From: Planctomycetota bacterium
GTDB lineage: Bacteria > Planctomycetota > Planctomycetia > Pirellulales > Lacipirellulaceae
Direction: 5' to 3'
DNA length: 56,449 bases
NCBI GenBank assembly: GCA_039190745.1
Contig: JBCCXZ010000020.1
Span: forward strand, 1 to 56,449
Positions 47,408 through 56,449 of this stretch are shown here, piece after piece. Position 1 is the stretch's first letter. Every line of letters begins with the position of its first letter. Below the pieces are notes generated by a model. That model did no database searches and had not been told where the DNA came from. It worked only from the letters and a program-made list of their open reading frames with translations. The position numbers and the translations under genes are program-made.

Positions 47408-48727
47408 TTAAGCAGCCTCGGACGCTTGATCACCCTTCGCGGGGACTAGGCTCTCCAGCAGATCCACCGTCCGCCCTACTGCGCCCTGTTGGCCGTTTAC
47501 CAGGGCTCGACTCCGGTTGGTTAAGCCGGACGCCCATGCCGGTTCGTCTAGGCACCGGCGTATGAACGCCTGCAGTTTCGCCGGCTCTGTGAGCTGCACA
47601 GCGCCGTCGCCGGCTAGCAGCCGGGCCACGATGTCGCGGAAGTTGCGCGTGTTCGGGCCGAAAGACGTTGCCACACCAAAGGCCGCCGGTTCGAGCATAT
47701 TCTGCCCGCCGCGGTCGCCGAAGCTGCCGCCCACGAAGCCAATGTGGGCCGTGCCCCACCAGGCGCCGAGTTCGCCGACGGTGTCTACTAGGAGAATGGT
47801 CGATTGCGGATTGCGGATTGCGGATTGCGGATTGGATAGGGTGGAACGCCTAGTCCAAGGTAGGCCCGATTCGTCTAAGAGTGCCGCCACTGTGTTGAAC
47901 CGCTCTGGGTGGCGGGGGACCAATACCAGGCGGAGCTTGGGGAACTCCTCGGCAAGACTACGGTAGGCGTCCAGCGCGTAACGCTCTTCCGGTTCTTGCG
48001 TGCTGCCGGCCAGGAAGACAATGTTGCCGTCGGTGAACCCTGCTAGCCTGCGGAGTTCTGCCGTCCGTGGGTTAGTCCGGTCGGTCTCGACGCCGTCGAA
48101 TTTGAGTGAACCCGTTGCGTGGGTGGCTACAGTTCGAGCCCCGAGCGCGACGAAACGCTCCGCGGTGGCCTCGTCCTGCGCGGCAATCAGATCGAGTTGG
48201 TTCAGCACTCGTTTCACGAGCGGACGCAGGCGGCGGTAGCCGACGAAGCTGTTGTCGCTCAGCCGGCCGTTCACGACCGCGACTGTGGCGCCGGCGTCGC
48301 CCGCGGCGCGGATGAGGTTGGGCCACAGTTCCAGCTCTGCGAGCACCAACGCTGTCGGCCGCACCCGCCGCACCGCCCGCCGCACCGCCCAGGTGAAGTC
48401 CAGCGGGCAGTAGAACACGGCGTGCCCGGCGTACTTCTTCCGCGCTAGGTCGTAGCCTGTTCTTGTAGTGGTCGAGACGACCACCTCGCACGGCCAGCCA
48501 CGCCGCTCGATCTCGTCGATCAGCACCCGCAGCAGGTTGACCTCGCCGACGCTCACGGCGTGCAGCCACAGGCAGGGGGCGTCGCCCTCACGCCGCGGCA
48601 CGCTCCCGAGCAGTTTCTGGCCGAAGCCTTCTCGGTGCTTCCCGTGCCGCCAGGCCGCCCAGGCGATCCACGGAGAAGCCGCCAGCAGCACGGCGGCGTA
48701 GCAGAGGTTGAGGAGCCAGCCCAACAA
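47408..48727 (-). CDS. waaA: 3-deoxy-D-manno-octulosonic acid (Kdo) transferase
   Basis: WLHAVSVGE, ELWPN, NGRLS, GSLKFD, VPRHPERF and GGQNMLEPA. Confidence 0.95.
   Translation of the reverse strand: MLGWLLNLCYAAVLLAASPWIAWAAWRHGKHREGFGQKLLGSVPRREGDAPCLWLHAVSVGEVNLLRVLIDEIERRGWPCEVVVSTTTRTGYDLARKKYAGHAVFYCPLDFTWAVRRAVRRVRPTALVLAELELWPNLIRAAGDAGATVAVVNGRLSDNSFVGYRRLRPLVKRVLNQLDLIAAQDEATAERFVALGARTVATHATGSLKFDGVETDRTNPRTAELRRLAGFTDGNIVFLAGSTQEPEERYALDAYRSLAEEFPKLRLVLVPRHPERFNTVAALLDESGLPWTRRSTLSNPQSAIRNPQSTILLVDTVGELGAWWGTAHIGFVGGSFGDRGGQNMLEPAAFGVATSFGPNTRNFRDIVARLLAGDGAVQLTEPAKLQAFIRRCLDEPAWASGLTNRSRALVNGQQGAVGRTVDLLESLVPAKGDQASEAA
47802..47834. repeat. Perfect heptamer tandem repeat (GATTGCG) x 4.7 inside waaA
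   Basis: Read directly from the sequence; encodes NPQSAIRNPQS in frame. Confidence 0.95.
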
Positions 48728-48758
48728 GCGGGATTCCTTTCCCGTGGGGAGTATTTTG

Positions 48759-49027
48759 AACCGCCGATGAACGCGGATAAACGCTGATAAATGGAGCTAA
48801 TAAACCGGTGTCTGTAGAAGCTCGATCTGCATCGCGCGTTCGATATCGGGGTTATCCAGTCTTGGCTGATCGAGTTGCTTGGCGGTGTAAGTCAATTGCA
48901 AACAGATGAGGCCCAGCACGGAAGTGATCGCCAGGAATACAAAGCCCGAGTACTTCTTCGGCATCGACGCCCTCCTTGGACTCAACCACCACGCCTTATC
49001 TGCGTTCATCTGTGTCCATCTGTGGCT
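48759..49027. repeat. Inverted-repeat element with 3 x 10-nt CAGAT-type arms enclosing a small ORF
   Basis: aaccgccgat gaacgcggat aaacgctgat ... atctgcgttc atctgtgtcc atctgtggct; right arm matches 21007-21040 at 32/34. Confidence 0.85.
48797..48964 (-). CDS. Small single-TM hypothetical protein (55 aa) inside the repeat element
   Basis: AAGGAGG SD; MPKKYSGFVFLAITSVLGLICLQL... Confidence 0.6.
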   Translation of the reverse strand: MPKKYSGFVFLAITSVLGLICLQLTYTAKQLDQPRLDNPDIERAMQIELLQTPVY

Positions 49028-49039
49028 AGTGCACTTCTC

Positions 49040-52738
<3,699 letters not shown>

Positions 52739-53137
52739 CGTGTTCTCAGTGACTCGTTAGCTTGCTGGGTTGGGAACGCTCTAAGCGCCACGGTGACTCG
52801 ACAGCTCCGTCCACGGATTCGATCGAGCAGCCAATGCCTTCTGGGGGCCGAGCGCTGCGGCGGTTGATCGCTGGAGCAGGGTGGGGAACTTGCGCACCGG
52901 CACGGGCGACGGCTCTCCAGCCCCGGTTTGGGCGACGGGCCGCGCGTCGGCGTTGTTCGTAACGCCATAGGAGCTAAAAGTTTAGTGCCCCTTCGGGACT
53001 GGGTCAAGACGACCACGCCGACCCCCAGCCATCGCAAAGCATGGCAAAGAAAAGAGTTAGCACCGCCTGCCCGCCTCATCGTGGTGAGCAATGCTCGTCA
53101 GATCATCACTCTCCCTAATCATCTCCAAGCTCTCGTA

Positions 53138-54289
53138 CTACCACGCTTCGGTATCAAGCTCCACATGCCCTTCTCGCACCATCTGCTGCGCCGCCGCGGC
53201 GACTTTCTTGGTCAGCGGCACCAGCTTCGTCGGCAGTTTCTGCACGTCGAGGCCGCGGAGCACCTCCAGAGCCTTGTTCGGCCGCTGCAGTTCAATCAGG
53301 CAGATCTGCGCTAACTTTACCCGCACGCCCTCGGTCCCCTCGGGGAAGCGTTTCAGGCAGTCCGCCATGAGCGGGCACGACTCGCGCCAACGCTCCTGCC
53401 GGTGGAGCCCGGCGATCATCTTCAGCAGCGTTGCCCTCGGCAGTTGGACCGGACCGCCGAGGTGCCGGAGCCGTTTGTACAGTTCGAAGGCCGGCTCGTC
53501 GCTGCCCTGTTCGAGCAGCCAGGCAATCTTCTCCGGTCCGGTGTCGAAGGCCTGTTGTTGTTTATCTTTTTGCTGCTCGACCCGCCGCTCCTCGGCCGCC
53601 GCTTTTTCTTTCTTGGCGCCTTCGTCGCCGCGGATCACGTGGAAGATGTCCCACCCCTCACAGTCGACCAGCCCGAGTTTGTACATCGCTACACCCAGGG
53701 GAGCCCCCACCAGCACGCCGCCCACGTGGAGCCAAGCACTGCTGTTGACGCCCTCAATGGCGGAGTAGAAGAGGTCCATCCCAATAAAGAACGCCGCAAA
53801 CCACACGGTGCGGATCTCGCCGGTGCCCATCATGAAGAAGAAGAACCAGTACCACACACGGATATCGGCCATTGGCATCCACACCGCGGCAATGGCCATG
53901 ATGCCGTAGATGGCAGACGACGCCCCCAGAGAAAACCCTTCGCCACCCAGCGCGATCTGGATTCCCTGCTCTAGAACCGACTGCAACACGCCGACGGTAA
54001 GGTAGCACAGCAGGAACTTCCACCAGCCGACTTTCCCTTCGACGAGCAGACCGAACACCCCCAAGAAGATCATGTTGCCGATCAGATGGAACACGTCGGC
54101 GTGCATAAACATCGAGGTGAACCACTGGAGCGGGGTCCACCCCTGGCCGTACGGCAGCAGCCACTGCTCGGGGTCGGGCATCGAACCCGAAGCCATTGAG
54201 AAGAACGCCATGGTATTGACGACGATTAAACCCGCCGTGGCGACCGGCAGGTAGTAGATCGGGGCGTCGGTCCCGTAGGGCACAATCAT
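53138..54289 (-). CDS. Rhomboid intramembrane serine protease with a C-terminal helical/TPR-like domain
   Basis: FMHADVFHLIGNM, GASSA and AWLHVGG. Confidence 0.9.
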   Translation of the reverse strand: MIVPYGTDAPIYYLPVATAGLIVVNTMAFFSMASGSMPDPEQWLLPYGQGWTPLQWFTSMFMHADVFHLIGNMIFLGVFGLLVEGKVGWWKFLLCYLTVGVLQSVLEQGIQIALGGEGFSLGASSAIYGIMAIAAVWMPMADIRVWYWFFFFMMGTGEIRTVWFAAFFIGMDLFYSAIEGVNSSAWLHVGGVLVGAPLGVAMYKLGLVDCEGWDIFHVIRGDEGAKKEKAAAEERRVEQQKDKQQQAFDTGPEKIAWLLEQGSDEPAFELYKRLRHLGGPVQLPRATLLKMIAGLHRQERWRESCPLMADCLKRFPEGTEGVRVKLAQICLIELQRPNKALEVLRGLDVQKLPTKLVPLTKKVAAAAQQMVREGHVELDTEAW

Positions 54290-54360
54290 GACGCACTGAG
54301 TATCGCTTGCCGGAATCGGCGGTGCAATCGGTGCCGAGAAGCTGAAGAGAGAGATAGTGT

Positions 54361-54415
54361 GGAACTCTAATCGACGCTAATGAACACTAATCAGATTGGT
54401 GCTGATTAGTGTTCC
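54361..54415. repeat. Hairpin element with CTAAT/GATTAG 10-mer arms
   Basis: ggaact ctaatcgacg ctaatgaaca ctaatc a gattggtgct gattagtgtt cc; same family as 39344-39409. Confidence 0.85.
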
Positions 54416-54438
54416 TCATTATTTATCATCCTCGCGGA

Positions 54439-55458
54439 TCACATCAGAATCTTCCGCACCGGTTCCAGCGGCGGCGGGGTCTGTGGTTCGTCCAGCATCT
54501 GACGCAGGTCGATCTCGATCGTTCGCGCCAGCGCCGTGATCGGGATGTCGTTCGGGCTCCCCTCGAACGGGTTCTCGCTCACGTCCCCGATCCGTTCCAT
54601 CGTATGGAAGACCCAGGCCACGAGCGCGCTGAACGGGATTGTTAGCCACACGAAGCCCTCGCCAAGCTTCTCGAACTCGGGCATCATGCCGATCGGTACC
54701 AGCAGGACGAACAACCAAACGAAGTATCGGTTCAGGGTCGCGTACTGCCGCGGGTAGGGGAAGTTTTTGATCCGCTCGCACTTGCCCTGCTGCGTGACCA
54801 TCTCGACCAGCAGGTTCTCCATGGCGATATGCCGGAAGTCCTCGATCAGCCCCCGCAGCTTTAGGTCCTTTAGCGAACGCGACTGCAGGCTTAGCAGGTG
54901 CGTCGCCCGGTTCTGCTTGGCGATGACGTACTCGTAGTCCTCGGCCGAGAGCAGAGGGCGTAGTTCCTGCTCAAGGGTTACCTCACGCTCGGGCGTCGGG
55001 TAGTGCCGGCGGTACTCGGCGTCGCTCCGTACGCCGTGGTTCTCCCACTCCCGTGGGGTGCGCAACTGGTGCCGCAACGCCGTCAGCCACGCCAGGTGGC
55101 GGTAGATGAGCGTCCGCTTAACGTCGCTGAGAGTTCGGTCGTCGAGCGGGCCGGGGCTGTGCTCGTCGGTGATGTAGTCATTGACGTACATCCCCCACGA
55201 ACGGCTCGCGTTGACGATACCGCCCCAAATCTTCCGTGCTTCCCACTGCCGATCGTACGAGGCGTTGTTCTTGAAGCCCACCAGGAAGGCGACCGCTGTA
55301 CCCAGCAGCGCGATCGGCAGCCACGGGATCACCAGCCACCGCCAAGCGAACAATTCGTAGAGAACGACCGGCACGGCCGCGACCAGCAGGAAGACGCCCG
55401 TTTCATAGCGGGTCCAGAAGATGATCTCGCTGAGGGTGTAGCGGCGTCCGGTGTGCAT
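54439..55458 (-). CDS. Bestrophin-family (YneE-like) ion channel
   Basis: GFKNNASYDRQWEARKIWG, CERIKNFPYP and ENPFEG. Confidence 0.92.
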   Translation of the reverse strand: MHTGRRYTLSEIIFWTRYETGVFLLVAAVPVVLYELFAWRWLVIPWLPIALLGTAVAFLVGFKNNASYDRQWEARKIWGGIVNASRSWGMYVNDYITDEHSPGPLDDRTLSDVKRTLIYRHLAWLTALRHQLRTPREWENHGVRSDAEYRRHYPTPEREVTLEQELRPLLSAEDYEYVIAKQNRATHLLSLQSRSLKDLKLRGLIEDFRHIAMENLLVEMVTQQGKCERIKNFPYPRQYATLNRYFVWLFVLLVPIGMMPEFEKLGEGFVWLTIPFSALVAWVFHTMERIGDVSENPFEGSPNDIPITALARTIEIDLRQMLDEPQTPPPLEPVRKILM

Positions 55459-55553
55459 CGCGGGATGTCGGCGGGGTGGTGTTCGGGGCGTGTGGGGCGT
55501 CGTCGCGGCCGAATGTAACACCCATGAAGCGCCCGCGGCCAGACCGACGAGCC

Positions 55554-55733
55554 TTACTCGGTCCCGCCGCTGGAAATGCGCTGCAGCGTGTACCCGATGA
55601 GGAACAGTAGGATCGACGCCGCCAAGAACTGCAGCATCTTCCCGGCGCTGATGTTCTCGTTCAGCTGGGCGAAGATCGTGAGCGGAGGGATCACTAACGC
55701 CGCGAATTGGAAGAGCCTGCCGAGCGTGTACAT
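55554..55733 (-). CDS. Small two-TM hypothetical protein
   Basis: MYTLGRLFQFAALVIPP...FLIGYTL; TAAGCT 7 nt upstream of the ATG. Confidence 0.65.
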   Translation of the reverse strand: MYTLGRLFQFAALVIPPLTIFAQLNENISAGKMLQFLAASILLFLIGYTLQRISSGGTE

Positions 55734-55826
55734 AGGATCGAGCTTAGCCGATCGAACACCCGCCGGAAACCTGCCGCCCTGCCCTGCCGGCCTGCCCACC
55801 CGGACCCGCAGCGGTATGATAGGTCG

Positions 55827-56240
55827 ATGCCCCACAACGGATCGATCAAGCCGACTTTCGGAACCCTCATTGCCCGAGCGTTTCGGCTCCGCTGCCCGGC
55901 GTGCGGCGAGTCGAAGCTCTTCCGCAACGCGTTCGCGATGCAGGACCCCTGCCCCGCGTGCGGCCGCCGCTTCCACCGGGCGCCCGGTTACCTGCTCGGT
56001 TCGATCTATTTCAACTATGGCGTCACGTCGGTGTTGGTCGTGGTGATTTACTTCGGGTGCTTCTTCACCGAGACGCTCACCGGCAGGCCGCTTCTGTGGA
56101 GTATGGCGGCGTTCGCGCTGCTCTTCCCGCTGTGGTTTTTCCGCTACGCCCGCTCGCTGTGGGTGGCGTTCGACGAACTGTTCGATCCGTGGCCCAACGA
56201 GGAAGAAAGCCGCCAACTCGCGAACCCCCCCGGCAGTTAG
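55827..56240 (+). CDS. DUF983-family membrane protein
   Basis: RLRCPACGESKLF...CPACG, GYLLGSIYFNY and two TM helices. Confidence 0.85.
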   Translation: MPHNGSIKPTFGTLIARAFRLRCPACGESKLFRNAFAMQDPCPACGRRFHRAPGYLLGSIYFNYGVTSVLVVVIYFGCFFTETLTGRPLLWSMAAFALLFPLWFFRYARSLWVAFDELFDPWPNEEESRQLANPPGS

Positions 56241-56295
56241 CGTGTCTTTGCGTCGACGACCGCCAGCGCGATCAACCACGGAGCATTCGAATTCG

Positions 56296-56449
56296 GTGAT
56301 AGATCAGGCAGAACTCGACCGGCTCTTCCCAAAATCGACCCAGTACAACCCCGAGTGGGTTTTCAAGAACTCCTTCGGAGGGCCGCCGGTGTGGCTTTGC
56401 GAGTGGCTCTGCACGGGGCTCGATCTGAAACCGGGCATGCGGGTGCTCG
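56296..56449 (+). CDS. SAM-dependent methyltransferase, 5' part (runs off the window)
   Basis: My translation: VIDQAELDRLFPKSTQYNPEW...EWLCTGLDLKPGMRVL, ending at the start of motif I. Confidence 0.7.
   Translation, partial: MIDQAELDRLFPKSTQYNPEWVFKNSFGGPPVWLCEWLCTGLDLKPGMRVL

Overview
High-GC bacterial chromosomal window, most likely a planctomycete (Pirellulales-like). This is inferred from the DUF1559 prepilin-type gene, four PEP-CTERM proteins, a 1232-aa SecA and many secreted hypothetical proteins. Core genes include acnA (3' part), lat, kdsA, purB, a Fur-family gene, flgM, ispH, waaA, secA, a prolyl oligopeptidase and an ABC-2 exporter operon. Accessory content includes two toxin-antitoxin modules, a SyrB2-like Fe/2OG halogenase next to an SDR, a GH57-like PEP-CTERM glycosidase, a PEP-CTERM vanadium haloperoxidase and an Ogr/Delta-like zinc finger. 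I saw no tRNA, rRNA, CRISPR array, transposase or integrase. Three kinds of structure are not explained by the annotation. (1) A candidate ~175-nt structured ncRNA at about 9628-9804, with a near-consensus sigma54 promoter, a possible enhancer palindrome and a T7 tail. (2) A dispersed set of elements whose inverted-repeat arms are built of 7- to 10-nt tandem units; one encloses a small gene, one is nested inside another, two split an operon, and a single arm sits in frame inside waaA. (3) A TA module bracketed by a duplicated 5' end of the downstream gene. All family calls are by eye from motifs; no database search was run.
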